DNA from: Verrucomicrobiota bacterium
GTDB taxonomy: Bacteria; Verrucomicrobiota; Verrucomicrobiia; Limisphaerales; J093
Assembly: GCA_012517065.1 (NCBI GenBank)
Contig: JAAYVR010000026.1
Location: 2,390 to 66,389, forward strand
Direction of reading: 5' to 3'
DNA: 64,000 nucleotides
The translations under genes and the position numbers were made by a program. Shown in pieces: positions 37,328 to 45,629 of the stretch. The first letter of the stretch is position 1. Every line of letters starts with the position of its first letter. The notes below the pieces were generated by a model that worked only from the letters and a program-made list of their open reading frames with translations, ran no database searches and was not told the DNA's origin.

Positions 37328-37515
37328 TGACCAAACGTTTCCCAATGGGACACAGCCACCGGACCAAGACCCTCGATGATCACCTGCCGCACGGACTCGG
37401 CATTGCAGTACAGTTTCGCCGCCTCCGCATCGCAAGACAACCACACGCTGCTCCGGGGCGATGCCTCCACTACCGGCACAAGCTTCAGAAACCCGTGTAC
37501 ATCGGTCACGGTCAT
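37324..37515 (-). CDS. DUF2283-like small protein (antitoxin-like partner)
   Basis: 63 aa. CDAEAAKLYC resembles the YDxEaDalYi signature. Overlaps both neighbours. Confidence 0.45.
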   Translation of the reverse strand: MTVTDVHGFLKLVPVVEASPRSSVWLSCDAEAAKLYCNAESVRQVIIEGLGPVAVSHWETFGQ

Positions 37516-37679
37516 AGTCGTTTTCTCCGCGTTAAAACCGCCACTCGGCGCGTCCAGAACGCCGTGACGAGGAACTCGCCGTTGTCCGATTCACGATAGA
37601 CCACCACCAAGGATTTGCCAGCTTCAAACTCCCGCACGGCCGACGGTTCACCTCCACCACCGGCCAGCACCCGCCCCAT
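37512..37679 (-). CDS. DUF4258/BrnT-like toxin fragment (possibly truncated)
   Basis: C-terminal pattern GKSLVVVYRESDNGEFLVTAFWT. The upstream part of the track ORF runs into C-motif repeats, so only about 55 aa are plausible. Confidence 0.35.
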   Translation of the reverse strand: MGRVLAGGGGEPSAVREFEAGKSLVVVYRESDNGEFLVTAFWTRRVAVLTRRKRL

Positions 37680-37733
37680 CGAGGTCACCGTCCCAACACC
37701 AACTCCCGGCACCCAGCGGGTTCGCAGTGCGCC

Positions 37734-37830
37734 CAAATAACGTGTCTGTCACCATATCGACACAACGCCCAAACAACGTGCCTGTCCCCATATCCGCGCT
37801 CGACAAACAAAGTGTCTGTCACTCTATTTG
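37734..37830 (+). repeat. mini-array of three C motifs (period 34-36 nt)
   Basis: caaataacgtgtctgtcaccatatcga, caaacaacgtgcctgtccccatatccg and caaacaaagtgtctgtcactctatttg. Confidence 0.9.
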
Positions 37831-37878
37831 GGTTTCCAACACAAACCCCTGGCAGCCAGCAAGTTCACAGCGCTGCAT

Positions 37879-38802
37879 TCATTTCTTTGTCAGCAGTGCC
37901 CTTTTGGCGGCAGCCAGCTCTTTTTGCTTGGCTGGCCCAACTTGAGGATACTTCAGGTCTAAATCAGCCAGCGTTTCGATGATGGCCGCGGCAACCACGA
38001 TGCGCGTGAACCATTTGTTGTCCGCAGGCACCACATACCACGGCGCCTCCGGAGTGGCGGTGTTCTGGATCATGTCTTCGTATGCCGCCATGTACTCGTC
38101 CCAATGCTCCCGCTCCGCGATGTCGCTGGCGGAAAACTTCCAATTCTTGTCCGGATCTTCAATCCGTTCCAGGAATCGGCGTTTCTGCTCCTTTTTCGAA
38201 ACGTGGAGGAAAAACTTGCGCACGATGATTCCGTTGTGCGTGAGGTAACGCTCGAAATGCCGGATGTCGGCGAAGCGCTCTTTCCAGATGTGTTTGCCAA
38301 CCAGTTGCGGCGGCAGTTTCTGCTTCTCGAGCAGTTCCGGATGCACCCGCACAACGAGTGTTTCCTCGTAATAACTGCGATTGAAAATGCCGATGTGGCC
38401 GCGGTTGGGCAGCCGTGTCACGCAGCGCCAGAGGTAATCGTGATCCAGTTCCTCCACTGACGGTGCCTTGAAAGAAAAGACCTGGCAACCCTGCGGGTTC
38501 ACTCCTGACATGACGTGTTTGATCGTGCTGTCCTTGCCGGCGGCGTCCATGGCTTGAAAGATGAGCAGTACGGCCCACTTGTCGTCAGCGTAAAGTTTGT
38601 CCTGCAACGCGGCCAGCATGCGAATCCCGTTGGCGGCGAGCCGCTCCTTGAGCTCCGCCTTGTCGTCGGGGGAAAAATCAAGTGTGTCGCCGGGGTCCAC
38701 GTCCTTGAGCCGGAATTTTGCGCCGTTGGTGATGCGAAACGGCCTTGCCAGTTTCCGGGCGGTCCTGATGATTTGTTTCTCCGTCATGTGCTTCCAGTTC
38801 AT
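37879..38802 (-). CDS. ppk2: polyphosphate kinase 2 family protein
   Basis: LLIFQAMDAAGKDSTIKHVMSGVNPQG (Walker A-like), and a PPK2-like arrangement of blocks across the rest of the protein. Start at the internal ATG (MNWKHM); uncertain by about 10 codons. Confidence 0.9.
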   Translation of the reverse strand: MNWKHMTEKQIIRTARKLARPFRITNGAKFRLKDVDPGDTLDFSPDDKAELKERLAANGIRMLAALQDKLYADDKWAVLLIFQAMDAAGKDSTIKHVMSGVNPQGCQVFSFKAPSVEELDHDYLWRCVTRLPNRGHIGIFNRSYYEETLVVRVHPELLEKQKLPPQLVGKHIWKERFADIRHFERYLTHNGIIVRKFFLHVSKKEQKRRFLERIEDPDKNWKFSASDIAEREHWDEYMAAYEDMIQNTATPEAPWYVVPADNKWFTRIVVAAAIIETLADLDLKYPQVGPAKQKELAAAKRALLTKK

Positions 38803-38878
38803 GATATGTCCCGTTGTAACAGGAGTTACTCCCAAAACAAAATCTTTAATCTCCGAGTTAGGTCTTAGGCGAGGTGAT

Positions 38879-39107
38879 TAAACAGTGTGTCTGTCACCCT
38901 ATTCTGCTTTCAAGCCGGACCAGGCTTGCAGCCCGATTCCCACGGGGCTGCATGGGCAGCTCCGGACCAAGACTCCCAGCGCCCAAACAGCGTGCCTGTC
39001 ACCCTATCCTCAGCACCTTTTCAGTGACGTCGCGGGCTCTGACCCGGGAATCTCACCAGAATGAAACTTTGAGTGTCTTGGTCTGGTCAGGCGGTAAGAT
39101 TTCCGGG
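38879..39107 (+). repeat. two C motifs plus a family E hairpin
   Basis: C at 38879-38904 and 38984-39009. E at 39043-39107 (arms cccgggaatctcacc / cggtaagatttccggg), ending 16 nt from the GH stop. Confidence 0.85.
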
Positions 39108-39123
39108 CGGGGTCTTGACACTT

Positions 39124-40512
39124 TTACCAGCCGGGGTCTGGTCGGGTGTTGGCTTTGGTTCCGGAGGCCCCGACGATATAAACCGGGCTCTCGCCCAGCG
39201 GCACGGGCAGATGACCAGTCCGGACTTTGTCGTAGGGAACATGGCGATAGGTGCCGAAGATGTCATAGAAATCCAAACCTCGGTCGGTGTTTGACACACG
39301 CACGTAGGCAAAGGGTTTGTTGGCCCAGGCGACCAGTGTATCTTCGCCGCTGGCTTCATCCCGAAAAACGCAGACAAACACATCGGGACCGAACGCGTCG
39401 TTGCGCAACCACCGCTTGCCTTCCAGCATTCGAGTCATGCAGGCATATGCGTAGTAGGAGTACTTGGGCGCGAGGTCTGCGCGCATGAGCCCCACCATGT
39501 CGGCCTGGTCAAACTGCCGCGTACCCTGATCCTTGAGTGTCCACCAGAACACCTTGTCGATTCGTTCGGACGCGATGGCCAGCACGTAGAGGCGCACCAG
39601 GAGATCGGCCTGGTGCAGCTCGGAAAGGCCATAGGGATGAATATGCGTGTTCCAGCACATTTCGGTAACCCAGAGCGGCTTTGCCGGGCCGAACTGGCGT
39701 ATCGTGCGGCTCAGCTCCTCTGCCTGTTCCAGCAAAGTCATCCGAATCAGCGGGTAATCGGTTGTCAGCGATTTCTTGTTCCAGCTCTTGACGTACTGGT
39801 CCAGCATCCACCAATCAAACTTGTCTTCGGGTGCGTTAGGTGGACGGTAGGGATGAAAGCAGGCGACGTCGAAGCAATCGTTTGGTACCTGCTTGAGCAC
39901 CGCCTCAGCAAAACGCACGTCGCAGAACGCGCTGTTCAGACCCAACACGCGGGCTTTCGGATTGGCTTGATGGATGGCTTTGCCGGCGGCCGCGAGCAAA
40001 CGCGCGTACTCATCGGCACTTCCCCTCCAGTAACCGCCGTTGGGTTCGTTCCAGATTTGCCAGTCGTCCACCTTGCCGGCGTACCGTTGGGCAGCGGTTC
40101 GGGCGAAGGCGCAGTAGGCCTCAACGCCGGCGGGGGTTCGGGGATCGTGGAAGGCTGGGGCGTACGTCAGATTTCCGAAGATCATCAAGCCATGCTGGTG
40201 GCAAAGATCGACCAACCGATCGTAACCTGACCAGTCGTATTCGCCTGGGGCCTTCTCGATGCGATGCCAGGTAAAATCCTGTCGGCCCCACTTGATGCCG
40301 GCCTGCTGGATGGCCTGGAGCCTTGGCACCAGATCGGGCGTCTCGGGACCGAAGGCGGTATTGATGCCGAATGGGGAGTCGGGTCGCAACGCGGTTGCAA
40401 ACTTGGGCGGGGGTAGCGAGACATGAAACGAATCTCGAGCGTTTTGGTTGGCGGCACAGAAGAGGTAGGCGCATGTTTCGGCGAGAAGGACTGTTAGGAG
40501 GAGACTTTTCAT
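39124..40512 (-). CDS. secreted glycoside hydrolase, clan GH-A (GH5/GH39-like)
   Basis: 462 aa. Signal peptide MKSLLLTVLLAETCAYLFCAA, acid/base motif QIWNEPN, (beta/alpha)8-type blocks. Confidence 0.75.
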   Translation of the reverse strand: MKSLLLTVLLAETCAYLFCAANQNARDSFHVSLPPPKFATALRPDSPFGINTAFGPETPDLVPRLQAIQQAGIKWGRQDFTWHRIEKAPGEYDWSGYDRLVDLCHQHGLMIFGNLTYAPAFHDPRTPAGVEAYCAFARTAAQRYAGKVDDWQIWNEPNGGYWRGSADEYARLLAAAGKAIHQANPKARVLGLNSAFCDVRFAEAVLKQVPNDCFDVACFHPYRPPNAPEDKFDWWMLDQYVKSWNKKSLTTDYPLIRMTLLEQAEELSRTIRQFGPAKPLWVTEMCWNTHIHPYGLSELHQADLLVRLYVLAIASERIDKVFWWTLKDQGTRQFDQADMVGLMRADLAPKYSYYAYACMTRMLEGKRWLRNDAFGPDVFVCVFRDEASGEDTLVAWANKPFAYVRVSNTDRGLDFYDIFGTYRHVPYDKVRTGHLPVPLGESPVYIVGASGTKANTRPDPGW

Positions 40513-40599
40513 AGACGTCTTCTACCCGCCTGGCAGAGCCGGCGCAAGTTTGGAGCAGAGTCAACTTCCACATCTCAGTACAAAGGTGTTTTTGACGCG

Positions 40600-40800
40600 G
40601 TAACCGAGGATGGGGGGGTCGTATGCGATGCCCTGCACGACGTGTTGCGGCACCCAGCGCAGCCGATCGCGTATGACGAGGGCAAGGGCCGTTTACAGGT
40701 CATGCGGTGTGACTGCTGAGGGCACGCGGCCCAAGGTGCAAAACAGGGTGTCCAGAAATGATTGCTTGAGATCAGCGACGGTTATGCCGGAGCGCAGGTC
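40600..40800 (-). pseudogene. relic of the N-terminus of an alpha-glucan (glycogen) phosphorylase
   Basis: Reads ITVADLKQSFLDTLFCTLGRVPSAVTPHDL-stop(TAA)-TALALVIRDRLRW, matching the GlgP N-terminal pattern (LK.s....L..tlGk.p..a...d.y.ALA..vRDRL..rW). There is an in-frame stop where Tyr is expected and no downstream catalytic domain. Confidence 0.45.
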
Positions 40801-41083
40801 ACCAGTCGATACGGGCAGAAGACAACCGTGCTTGCTGGATGAACTGGGCGGACTCGGCCTTGAGCGGCGTCGGCGTGATCCGGTTTTCGCAGCGGCCTCG
40901 TTCATTGGGCTTGACCTTTCCATCTCCAGTTGCGGATTTTGTTTCTCTTCCCGGCTGAACTCGAGCCGGACCAGCCAACACAACATCGGCAGCACCGGCC
41001 TTGACTGCTGAAACAGATGCTTACAAGGCGGAAACGAAGCAGTCAACACCGATGCGCGGCCCATGATCCTCGCGTAACGAGCC

Positions 41084-41155
41084 TAGCCCGCATATTTCAT
41101 ACCCTGAGCAGTCTGCGAAACGGGTGTCTTCAAGCAACAAAGGAATATGCGGGCT
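41084..41155. repeat. isolated hairpin made of module-A arm sequence
   Basis: tagcccgcatatttc (41084-41098) pairs with ggaatatgcgggct (41142-41155). Confidence 0.6.
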
Positions 41156-41298
41156 CTGGGAAACCCGCGCCAAACCGAACAAGTAGTGATATCTTCTACA
41201 GTGTGTCAGTAGTCGCGTTGCCGAAATCGGCTCCGGAGGGGAGCACGGTGTGAGGTCTGGAAACTGAGATTCTCTTGTTTGGGCGCGGGTTTCTTTGG

Positions 41299-41440
41299 CC
41301 CGGAAATCTCACCGGAATGAAGCTTTGGGTGTCTTGGGCTGGTCAAGCGGTGAGATTTCCGGGCTAGCCGCATATTTCCCAGCCCGGCGCAGCCGGAACC
41401 AAAGTCGCCTCACGGGCGGTGACACGGTGCCTGCTCTTCC
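41299..41440 (+). repeat. family E hairpin fused to the left half of module A
   Basis: E 41299-41363 (perfect arms cccggaaatctcaccg / cggtgagatttccggg), followed directly by ctagccgcatatttcccagcccggcgcagccggaaccaaagtcgcc. Confidence 0.9.
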
Positions 41441-41481
41441 GCGCGCCCATAAAGCCATTCGGTTGGCAAAACCGCGACCCG

Positions 41482-41862
41482 GTTGAACGCTGCGAGTTGA
41501 ACGTTGTACGTTGGAAGTTTTCGTAGGTTTATCAGCATGGTCGTCTTCTTGCGAACGTCCAACGTGCAACGCTCAACGTACAACCTTCAGAGGTGTTACT
41601 GCTCGATGAATGCCCGTTTCAAAGCCGCCTAAAGGCGGGACTCTCGCAGCCGTGGGCGCGGCATCGCCCGATGCACGCAACAACCTATCGCCGTCAGAGT
41701 TCCGCGTTTACGCGGAACACAGGCAGTTCACTGAAACAGTGCTCGTGGTCAGGTTCACGAAACTGTTCCGCCTAAAGGCGGGACTCTAACGGTCGTGGGT
41801 GCAGCATCGCCCGAAGCGCAGGACAACCTATCGCCGCCAGAGTCCCGCGTTTACGCGGAACA
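41482..41862 (+). repeat. composite repeat, module G followed by two tandem F stem-loop units
   Basis: G 41482-41622; F 41623-41718 and 41766-41862 (ccgcctaaaggcgg ... ccgcgtttacgcgg in each). Confidence 0.85.
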
Positions 41863-41940
41863 GTGAAAGTGTTCTGGTCCTGATTGTGGTACCCCAGCGC
41901 TCTACACCTCCGCCAATAGGCGGCCTGCCGCGCTCCGAGC

Positions 41941-42159
41941 CAATTACGTGTCAATTACGTGTCTGTCCCCATATGGCCTCATTCGATCTCGCCACTGATC
42001 CCAATGATTTTTCACGGGCTGCCGCGGATGCAGTGGGCGTTGGTAGGCGCGAAGCGCTTGGAGTGCGGCAGCTTACTGCCGCTTTGTTCTTATGCCCAAA
42101 CAACGTGCTTGGAACCAGATCCGCATAACGCCGAAAACAATGTGTCTGTCCCCATATCA
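41941..42159 (+). repeat. composite repeat, modules C-B-C'-C
   Basis: C 41952-41976 (with an 11-nt local duplication at 41941-41951), B 41977-42096, variant C 42097-42123, C 42133-42159. Confidence 0.85.
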
Positions 42160-42511
42160 CCCACCAGGTTCCACGAAACACCATTAAGCAGAAAACGTTG
42201 TGCATGGAATACGGAATACACAGTGGGGATGAACTGTCGCATGCCAAAGCGAGAGCAAGCTCTGCGGACTCTCTCCCGCGGGGGCGGGACTGGCGCGGCG
42301 ATTTTTTGCCGCACCCAACCCGTGTCTCCAGCCCAGTCAGATGCCCGGGATAGCGGCGCTCGATATGGGAGTCCAGTTGGTACCAAACGTGCCACTGTCA
42401 CAGAAAGCATGGCAGCCAGGCAGCCGGATGGTGTCTATTTGGTTATTGATGGCGGATTGGGAATGTGTAGATTCGTATTAGCCTACGAACCTGACCGGAA
42501 AATGCGCATTA

Positions 42512-43282
42512 GTGACCGGCGCCTGCAGCGGAATCGGTCGTGCAGTGTCCGTGGAGTTGGCGCGCAACGGGTGTGGGTTGCTTTTGACCGGATTCGAAGC
42601 CGAGGAGCTTGCCAGACTCGAAGTCGAGCTGAAGCCTTTTGCTGCGAGCCTGGCGACCAAAGCAGCCGATCTTGCTGATGCTCGAGAGCGGATGGCGCTT
42701 GTGGGCTGGCTGCGTGATCAAAGCACACCGCCTGACATTCTGATCAACAACGCGGGCATTGGCGGGCGGTTTGGTTCATTCGCTGCCTCCGAGATGGCTG
42801 ACATGGAGAAGGTGGTCGCGCTGAATGTGCTGGGGTTTCTGCATCTGACTCATGAGCTGATTCCATTGCTCCGAACCCGGCCCGAGGGCTGCATCGTCAA
42901 CATCAGTTCCGGCATTGGGCGGCTTCCTTATCCGGGTCTCGCTGTGTATGGGGCGACCAAAGCGTTCATCTCGAGTTTCAGCGAGTCGCTCGCATGCGAG
43001 CTTTCCGGAACACGCATCCGCGTGATGTGTTTCCATCCGGGGTTCACTTCGACCGGTTTCATGGCGCGGTCGGCCATGGATATGCGTCGTGTGCCAAGGT
43101 TCCTGGTGCATTCGCCCGAGCGCGTGGCACAGCGGTTGGTCAAGGCATTGCGAGCTGGCAGCAGATGGGTGTATTCGGACGTGCTCACAGGACTGAGCGC
43201 GCGACTTGGGATTCTGATTCCGCACCGTCTGCGAGTTCGGCTGTTCAAGAACCTTTTTTGGGAGTTGCCCGATGAACACTGA
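42512..43282 (+). CDS. short-chain dehydrogenase/reductase (classical SDR)
   Basis: TGACSGIGRAV (TGxxxGxG) and YGATKAF (YxxxK). The frame is open from 42482, but there is no ATG/GTG/TTG before the GTG at 42512 (see findings). Confidence 0.85.
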   Translation: MTGACSGIGRAVSVELARNGCGLLLTGFEAEELARLEVELKPFAASLATKAADLADARERMALVGWLRDQSTPPDILINNAGIGGRFGSFAASEMADMEKVVALNVLGFLHLTHELIPLLRTRPEGCIVNISSGIGRLPYPGLAVYGATKAFISSFSESLACELSGTRIRVMCFHPGFTSTGFMARSAMDMRRVPRFLVHSPERVAQRLVKALRAGSRWVYSDVLTGLSARLGILIPHRLRVRLFKNLFWELPDEH

Positions 43283-44756
43283 ACCGGAATCCGACGCCGA
43301 AACATCGCGGCCGCGTCACCTGGCGCTAAAGTCTCTGCTGGCCATTGGCGTTTTGGCACTGGGCGCACTTGGATTCGCGTACTGGTATATGGTCAGGTGT
43401 GATGGGCCGTGGCGGGGCGTTCCGCTGGAAGCCAGAGGCACGGCTGAGTTGGGCGCCATCGAGGCGCGATTAAAAAGCGACATTGCTTTTCTGCAAAGCC
43501 TTGGCCCGCGGCACATCGGCAATGAGACGGCTTGCGTTCAGCTACAACGATGCGCCGATTGGATCGAGAGAGAATGGCAGGCGCAAGGATACCATGTCCA
43601 ACGGCACGAATTCACCGTCAGCAACATTGCATGCGCCAACCTTGCAATCGAAATCCCCGGAACGGCTGCTGGGTCCGAAGTTGTGGTGATTTCGGCGCAA
43701 TATGACACTCTGCCGGATTCGCCCGGAGCCAACAACAATGGCTCGGGTGTGGCTGCACTGTTGCGGTTGAGCGAGCTGCTCAAGGGCCAGCGCCTGGACC
43801 GCACTGTGCGGTTGATCCAGTTCGTCAACGAAGAGGACCCGTTCTTTGGCACCGAGCAGATGGGCAGCTACGTGTACGCCAAAGCCTGTCATGAGCGCGG
43901 CGACGACATCCACGCAATGCTGTCGCTTGATTCCATCGGCATTTACAAGCACACGCCCGGATCGCAAAAGCTGCCGTGGCCGTTTTCTCTTTTCTATCCT
44001 GACCGGGGCAACTTTCTGGCTTTCATCGGCAACTTGTCCTCGAGGCAGTGTGTGAAGGTGGCCACCCTCGGGTTTCGGAAGTGGAGTTCATTCCCGATCG
44101 CAGCCGGGCTGGCGCCTGAATGGGTGGGTGGAGTGACGTGGTCCGACCACAGTTCATTTTGGGAATTCGGTTATTCTGGCGTGCAGGTGACCGATACCGG
44201 CGCCTTCAGAAGCGCGTCGCATACGACCAAGGACGACACAATGGAGAAGATCGACTTCGGCGCTCTGGCGCGGATCACTCTCGGGCTTTGCGGCGCTACC
44301 ATCGAATTGGCCAGCAAGCGCAACGAACCGGGCCGGCAGAATTTGCCGGGCCAATGGCTTCTGTTCAACAGTGCCATTGTGATGCTGGCGGGGTTGCTGG
44401 TCGGCTTGCCGCTGTGGCGGGCAATTGCACGAAATGAATCCGGCCCGGCCTGCCGTGCATGGCGGGTCGCACACGCCACGTTGATCGCTCAAGGACTGTG
44501 GATGCTGGCCGTGGCAGTGGCAATCCCACGGCTTGCCCTGAGTAATTCTGCGATCTGGATTGTTGTATGGAGTCTTGTTGCGGCTGGATACGGATTTGCT
44601 TTCGCAATGACGGTGGGTGCCTGGAGCGGGCGGCGTGGTCTTTCCCCAAAACCGTGGGGCGTCAACACATTGCTGTTTGCAGGGCACGCCGTCGGTGTCA
44701 TCGGCTCGATTGTGGCGGCTGGTCTGATTCTCTGTGGCGCACTCCGTGCCATTTAG
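43272..44756 (+). CDS. M28-family metallopeptidase with N-terminal anchor and C-terminal multi-TM domain
   Basis: 494 aa. NNNGSGVAALLRLSELL and HTTKDDT motifs; about 4 C-terminal TM helices. Confidence 0.8.
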   Translation: MNTEPESDAETSRPRHLALKSLLAIGVLALGALGFAYWYMVRCDGPWRGVPLEARGTAELGAIEARLKSDIAFLQSLGPRHIGNETACVQLQRCADWIEREWQAQGYHVQRHEFTVSNIACANLAIEIPGTAAGSEVVVISAQYDTLPDSPGANNNGSGVAALLRLSELLKGQRLDRTVRLIQFVNEEDPFFGTEQMGSYVYAKACHERGDDIHAMLSLDSIGIYKHTPGSQKLPWPFSLFYPDRGNFLAFIGNLSSRQCVKVATLGFRKWSSFPIAAGLAPEWVGGVTWSDHSSFWEFGYSGVQVTDTGAFRSASHTTKDDTMEKIDFGALARITLGLCGATIELASKRNEPGRQNLPGQWLLFNSAIVMLAGLLVGLPLWRAIARNESGPACRAWRVAHATLIAQGLWMLAVAVAIPRLALSNSAIWIVVWSLVAAGYGFAFAMTVGAWSGRRGLSPKPWGVNTLLFAGHAVGVIGSIVAAGLILCGALRAI

Positions 44757-44822
44757 CCCGGAAATCTCACCGGGACGAAAGCATGAGTGAGTCCGAGGGG
44801 GTGGCCGATGAGATTTCCGGGG
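44757..44822 (+). repeat. family E hairpin (diverged loop) starting right after the peptidase stop codon
   Basis: Arms cccggaaatctcaccgg / ccgatgagatttccgggg. The TAG stop at 44754-44756 is the tag of the element's tagcccgg boundary. Confidence 0.85.
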
Positions 44823-44990
44823 CCAGCGAGCCCGCGCCCAAACCAGAGAATCTCAATTCCAAGACCTAACAAAGGCCTGATCACCGTAGCCGATAGCGGC
44901 AAGCAGACTACTTACACACTGTAACCTTCATCATTCGCTTGTGGCTGCGCTGCGCTGTGTCAGTTGCGGCGCATGCATGCTGCAACCGGC

Positions 44991-45326
44991 TCAACTGACC
45001 ACGATGAGCGAAGCGGCTTCGTGCAATGGGTTCGGTTCGTGCACGACGCCTTGGGCGCGCGGGTCCAGCATCGGTTTTCCATCCACAAGAAACAAATAAC
45101 GATAGCTCCCGTGCCGAAGTTCCAAGCGCACCGTCCAGCACCCGTCCGGCATTCGTTGCATTGGATTGGCATCGGGCTGCCAGTTGTTGAAGTCGCCAAC
45201 CAACGACACGTTGTTGGCATGCGGAGCGTCACACGTGAAGAACACGACCGAATGTTTGGGGCGGCGGGCTGAATAGTTGCCCTCCGCGCCGCCGGTGCCT
45301 AAAGGGGGCGTTGGTTTTGAATTCAT
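44991..45326 (-). CDS. stand-alone CBM48 / early-set (glycogen-binding) domain protein
   Basis: VVFFTCDAPHANNVSLVGDFNNWQPDANPMQRMPDGCWTVRLELRHGSYRYLFLVDG. ATG at 45326 is preceded by AAAGGAAC. Confidence 0.75.
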   Translation of the reverse strand: MNSKPTPPLGTGGAEGNYSARRPKHSVVFFTCDAPHANNVSLVGDFNNWQPDANPMQRMPDGCWTVRLELRHGSYRYLFLVDGKPMLDPRAQGVVHEPNPLHEAASLIVVS

Positions 45327-45629
45327 ATGAGTTCCTTTTTCAGCTTCATGACCACGACTCTCCGTTAACAACGAAATGCTGGCGGCGCTCGCCGGGCGCG
45401 GACTCCCGTCCGCCGTCATTGTCCGCCGCAGACCTTTCGGTGTAACGCATCGAACACGCTGGACTGCACACCATCAACCATTCCTCCCCGCGCGTGGTGT
45501 TGCAAGCGAACTTTCTTCGAGCGAGTTGGCGTGACCACGGGCGTGGATTGTTTGGTCCGCTCTATGTTTGGTCCGTTCTATTCTTCTCCTCTTCCATTGT
45601 CCTTTCCATTCAATGAGGGTTGTGATTCG

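Noticed and set aside
37734-37830. Mini-arrays of the C motif (also 26092-26153) considered as a degenerate CRISPR or iteron array
   Set aside because: Spacers are only about 8-10 nt and the repeats are non-palindromic and diverged. The same motif is dispersed singly at about 20 other sites. Treated as an interspersed repeat.
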